Shown piece by piece: positions 19,816 through 30,624 of a DNA stretch of 64,000 nucleotides; position 1 is the stretch's first letter, and every line of letters begins with the position of its first letter. This DNA comes from an uncultured Nitrososphaerota archaeon (GTDB lineage Archaea; Thermoproteota; Nitrososphaeria; Conexivisphaerales; DTJL01): positions 256,001 to 320,000 of the forward strand of contig CAWJIE010000004.1 in the NCBI GenBank assembly GCA_963842885.1, read 5' to 3'. The notes beneath the pieces are model-generated. The model was given only the letters and a program-made list of their open reading frames with translations, was not told the DNA's origin and did not search any database. Made by a program: the position numbers and the translations under genes.

Positions 19816-20247
19816 GTGCAAGTCGCCGAAACGAAAAATCAGGATTCATACCCGCTCTTTGAAGAAGTGAGTGACTCGAACCTCGTCGATGGCGCCGGGC
19901 AGGTGATTTTGGAATTCTTGGAATCGAACTTCGGCGACATGAACCAGATGGAGATCTTGGATGTACGTGATCTGATGAGCGCTTTGGGTTCTGCCCGCCT
20001 TCCAGCCGAAGAGGGCGTTCACATGGAGGAGGTAGAAGCTGTGCTCGTCAGGGCGCTTCGATTGCTCGGGGCTGGGTACTACCGAAGTCTTCTGGTCGAG
20101 GAGCGGGAGAGGGTGGGCAGGATCAACTGCCGTCTTGAAGCGATGATGCGGTTCAAGGAAAGGATTCTGAAAGATGACACAGATTGGACAGGGCTCGGAC
20201 CAAATCACCCAACGCTATCAAGTGTCGTCTTGAGCACCGAATCATGA
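19816..20247 (+). CDS. hypothetical acidic helical protein
   Basis: 143-aa ORF filling the gap and convergent with the MTase; start uncertain. Confidence 0.45.
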   Translation: MQVAETKNQDSYPLFEEVSDSNLVDGAGQVILEFLESNFGDMNQMEILDVRDLMSALGSARLPAEEGVHMEEVEAVLVRALRLLGAGYYRSLLVEERERVGRINCRLEAMMRFKERILKDDTDWTGLGPNHPTLSSVVLSTES

Positions 20248-21129
20248 GGTTCTTATGAATTTGAGTCTGTCTTCTCGGCCAGAGTGGTGTGAGCCTAGCT
20301 TCGAATCGATGGTCGGCTTCAGGCTGTCGTCAAACTCGTAGCCCACAGAATGGCGCGAGAGGTCGCCTGCTACCTTCATGGCGGTGCCAGTACCCAAGAA
20401 GGGATCCAAGACTGTGTCGCCGATTATCGAGAACATATGTATCAAGCGACGCGGAATCTCCTCGGGGAAAGCTGCGCTTCGCCTTTGCGATCTGACAAGC
20501 GACTGCGCGGCCCCGTGCACCGACCACACCTGGCTGAACCACACGTCGCGTTGGGCCTTTGTGAACGAGCTCGAGTAACGCCGCGCGTCCTTCGGCGCGA
20601 ATTTCCTTGTGTCTCCCTTTCTCAGGATAAGGATATACTCCAAGTCCAGCGTCACATATCCGTTTGTAGGTAGGAAGCCAGAGCCGAGGAATGCGTTTGG
20701 TTTGTTCGTCGGCTTCTTCCATACGATGAAGGGAAGGGTGACAAACCCAATTCTCTCGCAGTGCTCAATGATTTTTGAATGGTTAGGGAAAAGCCTGAAC
20801 CTGCCGTTTATGCTTCTGGTAGCATCGCCAATGTTAACGCAAGCGATTCCTCCTTCGCAGAGAACGCGGTAGCATTCGCTCCAGACCTTGCCCAGCTCCT
20901 CGTGCATCAATTCATAGGCTGAGCTGACGGTACCCCTCTTGTCGCTCTCTGCGGAACGGGTTTCGTCGATAAGCGCGCCGATTCTGGGATTCATGCGCCT
21001 GAACAGGGCGTCCCACATCTCAATCATGGGATAGGGAGGAGAGGTGACCACCAGTTGAATCGACGAGTCTTCCAAGTCTCGCATAGCACGCGAATCCTTG
21101 AAGATGACTTGGTGGTGCGTCTCCATCAT
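20242..21129 (-). CDS. beta-class N4-cytosine DNA methyltransferase (resembles archaeal CTAG MTases of the Zim/M.MthZI type)
   Basis: VVTSPPYPMIEMWD (motif IV) precedes AFPEEIPRRLI...VLDPFLGTGT (motif I). Target specificity is an inference. Confidence 0.88.
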   Translation of the reverse strand: MMETHHQVIFKDSRAMRDLEDSSIQLVVTSPPYPMIEMWDALFRRMNPRIGALIDETRSAESDKRGTVSSAYELMHEELGKVWSECYRVLCEGGIACVNIGDATRSINGRFRLFPNHSKIIEHCERIGFVTLPFIVWKKPTNKPNAFLGSGFLPTNGYVTLDLEYILILRKGDTRKFAPKDARRYSSSFTKAQRDVWFSQVWSVHGAAQSLVRSQRRSAAFPEEIPRRLIHMFSIIGDTVLDPFLGTGTAMKVAGDLSRHSVGYEFDDSLKPTIDSKLGSHHSGREDRLKFIRTS

Positions 21130-21222
21130 GCAGGTCTCACAGTGTCTGTCAGGCGGTATTCTGTCGGTGTGATTAATATCCCTTACATTGGGGAAACCCG
21201 TGCATCTTGAAGAGGCGGAGCG

Positions 21223-21690
21223 TCATTTTGCCTTCAGCATCTTGAGGTCGTTAATCACTTCTGTCGAATGAATGAGAGGGTCGACCTTCGGATAGATTCT
21301 GGCGATGCGGCCGTCAGGGTTGACAAGGAATGTCACCCGGTGCATCGAAGACCCATTCTCCTTGAGCACACCAAGCGAGGAGCCAAGCTCACCCTTCGTA
21401 TCACTGAGGAGAGTGAAATTGAGGCCGTACTTGTTGGCGAATCTTTCGTGGCTGCTCAAGCCATCCATGCTGACTCCTATGACGTCGGCACCCAAAGCCT
21501 CTATCGTCTTGATCGAATCACGAAAGCCGCAGGCCTCCTTAGTGCAGCCGGGCGTGTCATCCCGAGGATAGAAGTATAGGACAATCCATCTCCCACGGCA
21601 GGACGAGAGTTTGACCTCATTTTTGTCGGGGTAGGCCTCCAGCTTGGCATCGGGTAGGTATTCTCCGACCTTGACCCTCACTTCAACCAT
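21223..21690 (-). CDS. bcp: peroxiredoxin, BCP/PrxQ type
   Basis: YFYPRDDTPGCTKEACGFRD. Confidence 0.92.
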   Translation of the reverse strand: MVEVRVKVGEYLPDAKLEAYPDKNEVKLSSCRGRWIVLYFYPRDDTPGCTKEACGFRDSIKTIEALGADVIGVSMDGLSSHERFANKYGLNFTLLSDTKGELGSSLGVLKENGSSMHRVTFLVNPDGRIARIYPKVDPLIHSTEVINDLKMLKAK

Positions 21691-21695
21691 TCAAT

Positions 21696-22171
21696 TCACC
21701 TAGCTCTGGCCAACTGGTCTTCGATGGATTTGTAATCAGGCTCGATGCTTGGTTGTGGGGCAATCCACTCGAACCTTATCTCACCGGTCTTGTCCAGGAT
21801 GAAGATTGATCGCTGAGCTGCCGTGTATCCCCTTACGCCTCCGAAATCAGGGAGCTCCACCCCGTACGCCCGGACAGTTTCGCGGGAAAAGTCACTGAGC
21901 AGGGGAAATGTCAGCGCGTTCGTGTTGGCAAAGCCCTTCAATGTCCATGGGTCGTTTACGCTTATGCCGACGACTTGAGCGTTCAGGGTTGAGAGTCTGG
22001 AAAGGGAGTCCCTGAAGGTGCACATCTCGTGAGTGCAGACAGAGGTAAACGCGCCTGGAAAGAAGGCCAATACCACGCTCCCCTTCCCCAAGAATTCCTC
22101 AGGTTCCTAGCCTTCTTGTCCTGGTCGAGCAGGACCAGCCCGGGAGCCTTGTCGCCTATGGTGAGTTTCAA
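21696..22171 (-). CDS. peroxiredoxin (AhpE-like), frameshift near 22100
   Basis: N-terminus IGDKAP in one frame; FFPGAFTSVCTHEMC and FPLLSDF in the next. Confidence 0.85.
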
Positions 22172-22340
22172 TCTGGATCGAATTCGGAAATCCCGAGATT
22201 CACTATTAAATTAAGCTATATATCCACAGCAGTAATTTCGACCGTGGAAGGCCCGTCTGGCTTCCCGTCAAGACCGACCTTGTCGTTTCTTTGTTCAAAG
22301 GCTATCATACTTGGGTCGGTCCTCGGGGAGAATGATTGAG

Positions 22341-22555
22341 ATGTAGGGCCTCTCCTCTTTCTTTTCTCCAGACTCAGTTGCCGTTGTGGGAGCCTCGGAC
22401 GACCCGAAGAAGGTGGCTTTCGTCATCTATTCAAAGCTTCAGCTCAACGCAGCCCGGGGCAGCCTCAAGGCCGTAGTGTATCCCGTCAATCCTCACTATC
22501 CCTAAATCGCTGGAAGGCTATGTTATCCAGACTTGGACTCTCTGCCTCAAGGAGC
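22341..22555 (+). pseudogene. 5' remnant of an ADP-forming acyl-CoA synthetase (CoA-binding domain)
   Basis: Translates as M*GLSSFFSPDSVAVVGASDDPKKV...VYPVNPHYP*IAGRLCYPDLDSLP, with two in-frame stops and truncation. Confidence 0.8.
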
Positions 22556-22592
22556 ACCGACGGCGCCTCGAGGATGGAGATGCTTCAATGCA

Positions 22593-23837
22593 TTAAATGG
22601 TTAGGCGGCAGATTTGGGTCGGCGGTGTTCTTCTGGCGTTCAGTGTCTCGAAACGTAATCGGCCAACCTGAGTCACGCCTGCCTCGAGTTTCTCTTCCGT
22701 TTCTCCCACGAAGCACATCCTCAGATGACCTGCCCCGCTGGGACCTGATATCGACCCGGGCACCGTTATCACCTCTGCCTCTTCGGCAAGTCTCAGGCTG
22801 AAATCGACGTCACTCACCATGAGCGGGTCGAGATAGGCCGACAAGTCTGGGAACAGATACATCCCTGCCTCCGGCTTGATCACTCGAGCGAGTGGAAGGT
22901 GTGAACTGACCGCTTGATAGAGAGCGTCTCTACGTCTGCGATACACGGGCAGCACGTCTTGGAGGTAAGGTTCTTTGCGGCCGTTCTCAAAGTAGGCCAG
23001 CGCCATGTACTGAGAGGGTGTCGGGCTGCATATCGAAGTCATAGCCTTGAGTTTCGCCGCCTGCTCGATGAAAGCTTTCGGTCCAAACATGTAACCCAGC
23101 CTGAATCCTGGGAGCGCGAGGTCCTTGGAGAAGGAGTTCAGGCTAACAAGGTTGTCGGCAAGGCCGGCTCGATTGTGAATCCAGACATGTTCGCCTTCAT
23201 AGAGGATGTGCTTGTATGCTTCGTCGTACAGCAGCGCTATCCCTCTTCCAATCACGCCTTCAAGAATCATATCTACCGCCTCCTTCGAAATGATCCTGCT
23301 TGTGGGGTTGTCTGGGCTGCAGAGGACGACCGCTGTGACGCCTGCGTCAAGGGCTTCCTTTATTGCCTCCGGATCGGGCTGGAATCCATCTTCCAGCTGC
23401 TGGCTCACGGTTACGGCCTTCAGTTCATGAAGTTGGAGCAGGTCCCAGTACACGCTGTAGCAGGGTTCCAGAAGAAGCACCTTGTCCCCCGGCTTGGTCA
23501 GGCAGGTCAGGCTCAAGTCGAGGCCTTCCACGGCACCGTCAGTGACTATGAACTGGTCGGCAGCCACATCCAACGAACCATACTTCCTGAGATCGTCACT
23601 CAGAGCCTGTCTAAGCTGCATCAACCCTTTGGTTTCCACATACTTCGACAAGTCGAAGGGCTGTTTCAGGAGCCTGTCAGCGAAAGCCTTCATCGCTATT
23701 GCGTCTGGCGGGAGACCGGGTTGCCCCTGCGAAAAGTTGTAGATTACCTTGCCTTCTCTCCTCTTTCGCTCGGCTATCGAAACAACCTTGCGATGGGGTG
23801 AGGGTGGGATGTCGGTGATCTTCTGTGCTATTCTCAT
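22593..23837 (-). CDS. class I/II PLP aminotransferase (aspartate/aromatic type); last codons probably frameshifted
   Basis: GQPG, SPDNPT, YDEAY, SFSKDLALPGFRLG and GHLRMCF. Confidence 0.88.
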   Translation of the reverse strand: MRIAQKITDIPPSPHRKVVSIAERKRREGKVIYNFSQGQPGLPPDAIAMKAFADRLLKQPFDLSKYVETKGLMQLRQALSDDLRKYGSLDVAADQFIVTDGAVEGLDLSLTCLTKPGDKVLLLEPCYSVYWDLLQLHELKAVTVSQQLEDGFQPDPEAIKEALDAGVTAVVLCSPDNPTSRIISKEAVDMILEGVIGRGIALLYDEAYKHILYEGEHVWIHNRAGLADNLVSLNSFSKDLALPGFRLGYMFGPKAFIEQAAKLKAMTSICSPTPSQYMALAYFENGRKEPYLQDVLPVYRRRRDALYQAVSSHLPLARVIKPEAGMYLFPDLSAYLDPLMVSDVDFSLRLAEEAEVITVPGSISGPSGAGHLRMCFVGETEEKLEAGVTQVGRLRFETLNARRTPPTQICRLTI

Positions 23838-24011
23838 CGCTGTAAGCTCTCTGTTGCATCGTCAATAAATAGTTTGGACGAAGACCTTGAGAGAGCTGGT
23901 TGGGCCAAGGCCCTTCCTTATCGGGATTCGTGAGATTGCGTCCTGCTCCGATATGAGTTGAAGAGTAGATAAGAGAGAGGTATTTATACGACTGGGTGGC
24001 GGTGCAAATCA

Positions 24012-26823
24012 ATGCAGGATGAGATGCCGAGGCCCAGCAGGTTTGGCAGGGGCCCGAGACTTGCTTGGTTGATCATAGGCGTCATCGCCATCATTGGTCG
24101 CGTTGTTCGTGGCTTGGACCTATCTCGAATGGTCCATCTTCCAGCATATGTATTCGCTGAAGGCCGGGTTGAATTGGTTCCAAATCGTCTTCTATCATAA
24201 CTACACCTTCATAGCGGCGGCCCTGTTTTCCCTTCTCCTGATCAACCCCAAGGTCGGTCACAGTGACCTCTGGAGGTTGGTGAGCACGTTCTTGAGAGGC
24301 TCATTGATGGTTCGGAGACCGAGAGAGTTCGAAGGAGAGGCCCCTGCTTATGAGCCCATGAGGCTCCCGAAGCCAGGAAAATGGATGTGGTTCCTGTGGC
24401 AGGTCATCAAGTGGTCCGCCGGCTTCGCCTATTTTGTGCTTACAGGAGGTCTCGTCTACCTGGGTAACGTGATGAACCCCATCATGATGGCATCTATGGG
24501 CCTGGGCGACTGGTCGAAAGTGTTGCGCGTCTTCTCCCTCCCCCTGTTCCCTGCATCGGGGACCGAACTGGTTTCATTGATGCCGACCATGGAAATTCAG
24601 TACAGGGTCCTGTATATCGTAGTCTGGGCCTTCCTCTCTATCGTCGCGATTCGCATGATGTTGCGGCTCCTTGCCAATCTTGGAGTCAGGACGAGCGATG
24701 TCTGGTTGCGCAACTTCTTCATTTTCGCGGCGGCCATCATCCTATCATTCATCATCGGCGTGCCGTATTGGTTGATGAATGTGTCTACACCGTTCGCTAT
24801 GGCGCGCTGTGGACTTTGGTGGCGGGCGCGGTCTTGGGTTGGGCGTATCTTAGGGCTACGGGCAAGAGGGTCTTTGAGTCCCCCAGCTCGAGGAGGACCA
24901 TCTTCAAGGGGCTGGCTGCGGTGGTGGCCATAGGCCTCGTAATCAATCTTGGTGCGATGGCCTTCCTCTACCTAAACTGGAACAACAACTACATCAGTTA
25001 CGAGTGGAATCCACAGACGCAGAAGGAGATAACCGTAACTGATTGGGCGGCAGGGACTGGGAACATACAGCAAGGCTCGCTTCTCAACCTCCCGACTAGC
25101 AACGCCACCACGACGCTGAGCTTGGTCCGGCAGTGGGATCAGTCAGGCTGCCGCAGTGACCATGACCAAGGAGATTGGAGCGTATAACTGGATGACCCTA
25201 GCCAGCTCAGAGATAGTATTCCTGAACAACGAGGAGTATTGGGTGGCCCCGACCTCGACGCTCTATCCTTCGACCGACTGGATCAGCGAGCACCTGATTT
25301 ACACGCACACCTCGAGGATAATGGTGATAAACACCTACAGCGGCCAACAGGTCTCCACCGAAGACGCCTTCAACGTGTCGACGGAGCCCCCCATCTACTA
25401 TGGGGAAGAGCCGCTCAACGGGGAGCCTGGAGGGTTTTCGCAGAATGTGTACGTCCATATCCCTGGGTATGACGAAGTGCAGAACTCCTCTTATCAGGGC
25501 CAGCCCGACTATGTCCTGACCGGATGGCAGAAGGCCCTCTGGATGACCTTCGCGGAGGGCCAGCTGGGCTTCGCCTTCTCAAGCCAGTACCAATCGATCG
25601 ACATGCTCTTCAACAGAGACGTCTTCAGCCGGGTCCAGAGCATCTTGATTCCGGGCCTGGTGGAGGACCCTGCGGCGTATCTATCCACCGATGGCACGAA
25701 TATTTACTATACGGTGCAGCTCTACATCGACTATCCCATGCAATCCGGTTTCGCTGCAAGTCCATACCTCAGGTTCTTCGGAGTGGTCCTAGTCAACGTT
25801 GCAGATGGGTCCATGCAGGGGTACACCGTATCTAACCTCATCGGCAGCAACAGCACGGATTTCCTCACCCAGTTCTATCAGAACTACTACCCCACGTGGG
25901 GGGCGCCTCCGTCCTGGCTCGTCCCTCAGCTCAGGTACCCGGAGCAGCTCCTGGGTTCTCCGACCTATGGCCCGGGTCAGCTCGACTACGATTTCATCTT
26001 CCATGTGACGGACCCGTTCGTGTGGCGGTCCGGGACGCAGTTCTATGAGAGGCCGGCCAACACTTCTGTCCAGTACATTCCGTGGGCCATCGGGAACGAG
26101 ACCTACTTCGTAGGAATGCAGTTGGTCAACTTCCAGAACTCTGCCAGCCAGAACTTGGCGGCCATGTACATCGCCTACGGCGGTACAAGGTTAGGCCAAA
26201 TCGAGGTCTACGTGAACCCGTCGCCATCGACAACTTTCATAGGTCCCACTGCGGCTCAGCAGGCCCTGCAGACCAACGGGCAAGTGAGAACTCAGCTCAC
26301 CCTCCTGCCCAACTATAGGATTGGATCCTACCTCCTCTACTCGATTGGAGGGCAGCTGACCTATTTCGTAGCCGTGTACACCAACCCCGGGACCAGCGGC
26401 GTCGTGACACAGCTTCCATTCATCACGGCCATCACTCCCACCACTGGCAACGTCAGCCTTGGCTCTAATGCCGGCACCGCATACTACAACTTGGCAGGAA
26501 TCGCTACGCCTCCGCCGGCCAGCGACATACATGTGCTTCTGTCCGACGTGGTCTCCTTGGCGACGTCTGAGGGATACTCATTTGTGAATGCGACCACGGT
26601 GAACCCAACTGTCTGGATAAACCATGGAGTGCTCTCGTTCTCCGGATTGGGGCTGAACGCAACTCTCAGCCAAGTGAGCAACTTCCTCACCACGTACGGC
26701 CCTGGTAGCATTGGGACGGCGGTTTACATATGGGAAGACAGTTCCCAGAACTACTACGTAGGCGTGTTCCAATCCGGAGGCCCTGGAGTGACTCAGTTGT
26801 TCTACTTAACAATCACGGCGTAG
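24012..26823 (+). CDS. UPF0182 (COG1615)-like membrane protein with large extracellular domain, split by 3 frameshifts
   Basis: Four successive overlapping ORFs; multi-TM N-terminus, then VRQWD, WISEHLIYTH, IYYGE, DPAAY and QLRYPEQL motifs typical of UPF0182. Confidence 0.75.
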
Positions 26824-26832
26824 AAGAGGGCT

Positions 26833-27123
26833 TCAACGACGGGCCAAAGCTATGACGGCCACCACTAGGATAGCCACTAGGACCAACACCATGAGTCTAA
26901 GGACTCCGTTCCTTTCCCAGATTACGACGTTGGCGTTAATCGAGTCCATGGGGTTGCGTGAGTTGAGCATCTTGACTAGTTCCAGGGCCTCTTCGTAGAC
27001 AAAGGTGCCTCCATCTACTTTGATTATGTTCTCCTTCTCTAACATGAAAGTGTGCCCCCTGACTGCCAAGGGCACATGAGGGCCGCGGCTGCTGGCCCAA
27101 TTCCGGAACTGCTCTTCGCTCAC
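26833..27123 (-). CDS. small hypothetical protein with C-terminal membrane anchor
   Basis: 96-aa ORF ending in a 20-residue hydrophobic helix plus RR. Confidence 0.65.
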   Translation of the reverse strand: MSEEQFRNWASSRGPHVPLAVRGHTFMLEKENIIKVDGGTFVYEEALELVKMLNSRNPMDSINANVVIWERNGVLRLMVLVLVAILVVAVIALARR

Positions 27124-27214
27124 AACTGTAAGCTCGGAAGGAGTAATGCTAAAACATTTTGCTCATACCATCATCTGGACGGCTGGGGATCCGATGATTC
27201 CAAGGTGATGTATA

Positions 27215-29117
27215 CTAGGTGAGGCTCAAATTGATGATGGCCACTTCTTTGGCCACCTTCAACATCTTGCCCTCAGTGATGAGCCCCTTCTCGGCCAATT
27301 CTTTGAAGCCTGCTATGAGCCGTCCCTTGAACTCCATTTGACTGAACAGGTCGAAATCACCGGCCGGTGCGTTCCACTGGAATGAAGGCAGCCTGCTTCG
27401 AATGTAGATATCGACTGCGCTTGGTGAGAACATAGAGACATCGCTACGCGTCACAGTGGAGCTTGGCTCGTTCGAAGAACGACTGGCGCGCCCCATGATG
27501 AATGCTGGTTCGGATGAACCGAGCCCAGTGCCCACATAGAATGGATAGTAAATCACCTTCGACAAATCTCCTCCTGAAAGAGTCATCGCTTCAAGGCCTT
27601 GTTGAATGTTCTCATCAGCATATTTCTGGGCGGAGACGAGGGTCACCTTTAGCTTGTCCATGGAAGACTTGAGTCCTTCGAAAGATTTGTCAATTGAAGG
27701 AAGCCTGTGCCCAAGCACGGCCTCAGCCTCCGCGACCTCCGAATCGAATCCGGTTAAGCTCGCCCTGGCATTTCCTCTCAATTGCGTCAATCTCGCTGCC
27801 CTTCTGCTGCTTGAGCTCCTCAAGCTCAGCTTCTCTTTTCTCAAAGGAAGCTTTCGCTTCGTCGGCCTTCGCTTTGATTGGACGGTAGCTCGTTTCAAAC
27901 TTCTCTAGCTCGGCGTTGCCTCTTACCTGCTCCTCGGAGAGTCTCTTCAGTTCCTCGTCGAGCTGTTGCTTCTTGCTCTCGTAGCCCAGGGCCTGTCGCT
28001 CAAGAAATGCCATCTCGGCGTCAAGTGGGGTGTCCTCCGGAACGGATTTCGCCTCTCCGACCTTTGTAGAACGGATCTGAATGTTGGATTGGTCTTCTTG
28101 GAGCTTGGTGTACTTCGTCCTAAACTCGTCGGCCTTGTTGGCCGTTTCATCACGTGATGCCGTGGATTGATCAATCGAGTCCTGTAACTTTGATGCGGCC
28201 GCATGCATTTCATCGTATACGCTCTGCACCGGCATCAACTCGATTTGGGTTTCTTCGTTGGCTTCCCCTGCGCTCTTGAGCTGCTTTTCGGCCTTGTTTA
28301 ACAACGGCTTGTAGGTCTTCTCCACGTCCTGTTTGTCCGAATCGCGCTGTTCAATGGCGTCCGCTTCCTCCCGGCCCTTGAGCGCCTTGAGGTCGTCGAA
28401 TTCCCTCGCCAGCTTGTCCTTGGAAAGGGCAACAAGTTTCTCGAACTCCTGTGCGCGTGTGTCCAACAGGCCTATTGAGTCGCTACATCTGTGTAGGTAG
28501 TCTGTCAGGAAGCTGACGTGTTTCTCTATGGTTGCTAGCAGCCCGAAGGCCTCGTCCCAAGAATATGAAGGGTTGATTCTCTCGGATATCGCGACCTTGT
28601 AGTGTGAAAGCCTAGAGCCGCTCCCCCCGACCAGAGGTTTAGTTGCTTCTACGAAGCTAGCGTACTCCTTGATCAGGAACTCCTTGCTAAGGGCGGAGGA
28701 GAGGTCCTGATTGTAGTCATCTTGAAGCCGAGTGTAATTCAGCAGCGCGCCCGAAATGTGATTGAAGATGGCTTGACTAGATTCTCCTGTGAAATCGAAA
28801 GCAGTTCTTTCCTTGTTGACCAGATAGCTCAGTTGCGCCACCAGCATGGAGGGATTGAAATCGTCGAAGGATGTGATAGAGACGGCTCTTGTAGAATCTA
28901 GAACCCAGTACCCGCTCCTGTTGGGGACGGGGACCAAATACAGGGGGTATAAGGTCCTCCTGATGCTCTCCAGCCGCCTCGAAGCAGCGGATGGAAACCA
29001 TCTATCCGGTCCACGCATCTCTAAATAGACCCGTGCATACTCTTCGTTTTCATCGATCTGCGACTCGCTGCCGTCTCGTATGAAAAGAAGGACGGCTTCT
29101 TCCCGTTCGGTAGGCAA
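27215..29117 (-). CDS. large coiled-coil protein, frameshift in the 27723-27898 overlap
   Basis: Two overlapping ORFs; long E/K/Q/A-rich helical centre with globular ends; AT-rich promoter-like DNA at 29140-29175. Confidence 0.65.
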
Positions 29118-29339
29118 TATCCTATTAACGTGTGAGATGGTGTTATAATAGTCCTGAGGTATATTATTCTTAACCAGTTCGTTGCAACGTATGATATCTG
29201 GAGGTTTTGCACCGAGGTCATTCGGTCATTACGGGGACTCGGCCTACCAATCTAAACATATGGATGTCGAAAGAGCACCGATAGGCCAAGAGAACCGACC
29301 CCGCATCACGTGCTCTGACTAGCCCGGCGGCAGGTGTCG

Positions 29340-29463
29340 GACTGGGGATGTGAGCATGGCACTCGATTCCGGCAACTTCAACCATGGCTGCGAACCTGTT
29401 GACCTTGGCGAAGAAGTTTCCTCTGACTAGATCATGCCATTCAATCAGGGCGTCGGATTTCAT
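29340..29463 (-). pseudogene. sfsA: 5' remnant of SfsA-family nuclease
   Basis: LVRGNFFAKVNRFAAMVEVAGIECHAHIPS matches the SfsA N-terminal OB pattern (G.F..R.NRF...V...G....AH.P); similarity then stops. Confidence 0.65.
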
Positions 29464-29604
29464 CTGACATCAACTGCAAAAGGCGACCACACTCTTAACT
29501 GCTTGGACCGGTTAGTGGAAAACTTGTGCCACATGGGTTTCGGTGGAATGCCTCGTTCCTTGGTCTGTCAAAACGTTAAATCTTCAGCTTCAGATAGTTA
29601 CCGT

Positions 29605-30402
29605 GTGGCCGTTCCTCTGCTGGAGGTTATGAACCTTACGAAGGTGTTCGGGAGTGTCAAGGCTCTCGACGGATTGAACCTGAAAGTCTTTCCAGGCGAG
29701 ACCTACGGCTTGCTCGGCCCGAACGGCGCTGGTAAGAGCACCACCATGAAGATAGTCGGCGGCCTCTTGGAACCCACTTCAGGGGAAGTCAGGGTCGTAG
29801 GCTTCGATCCTGTCAGAAACTCCGTTGAGGTCAAATCAAAGATAGGGTACGTCGCGGAGAACCCCGTGATGTATGAATCCCTCTCCCCCAGAGACTTTTT
29901 CGAATTCGTGGCTTCGGTGCGTAAACTGAACCAAGCATCAGCCAACAAGATGGTCACACAGCTAGCTGAGGCGTTTGACATGGCACAGTACTTCGATTCC
30001 CCTATCGCGACGCTGTCCTTGGGCACCAAGCAGAAGGTCGCGGTGATCGCCTCCTTGCTTCATAAACCCCCCTTGCTCTTACTCGACGAGCCTTTGAATG
30101 GACTCGATGCGAAGAGTAGTCGCATATTCAAGGACTTGATGTCGTTTCATACCCAGAGTGGTGGAGCGGTTCTCTTCTCAACGCATATTATGGAGGTGGC
30201 GGAGCGAATATGCACCAGAATCGGAATCATTTATCAGGGAAAGGTCTTGGCGGAAGGGACCTTGGAAGAGCTTCGCAAGATGGCTGGCGGTAGGGATGCG
30301 TCCCTCGAAGATGTCTTCTTGAAATTGATTAACGAGGAAACGGAGGTCACAGATACGGTGAGAATGCTCAGGGAGGCGTTCTCTACAGACGGACGCAAAT
30401 GA
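29605..30402 (+). CDS. ABC transporter ATP-binding protein (no adjacent permease)
   Basis: GPNGAGKST, LSLGTKQK, LLLDEP, STHIME and SLEDVFL; GTG start inferred. Confidence 0.88.
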   Translation: MAVPLLEVMNLTKVFGSVKALDGLNLKVFPGETYGLLGPNGAGKSTTMKIVGGLLEPTSGEVRVVGFDPVRNSVEVKSKIGYVAENPVMYESLSPRDFFEFVASVRKLNQASANKMVTQLAEAFDMAQYFDSPIATLSLGTKQKVAVIASLLHKPPLLLLDEPLNGLDAKSSRIFKDLMSFHTQSGGAVLFSTHIMEVAERICTRIGIIYQGKVLAEGTLEELRKMAGGRDASLEDVFLKLINEETEVTDTVRMLREAFSTDGRK

Positions 30403-30624
30403 AATGTTCGATTTGGTTCCCCCGTTTCTCCTCGGCTAATCCATCCTCTCAACTGGAAGCTTCTTCGTTGGTTTCGTTTGATACCCGGTCGTGTTGGTCC
30501 GCAAACTTGTAACGCTCTTCTCCAAGAGGGGATTTCCGTGGAAGCCGCTGGCGAGATAGGATAGGGATGCAATCCGGCAACCTTCGAAGATGTTGTCGTC
30601 CAGATTCATATAAAGACCCTTTCG

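Noticed and set aside
22914-23801. 295-aa plus-strand ORF
   Set aside because: Antisense shadow of the aminotransferase.
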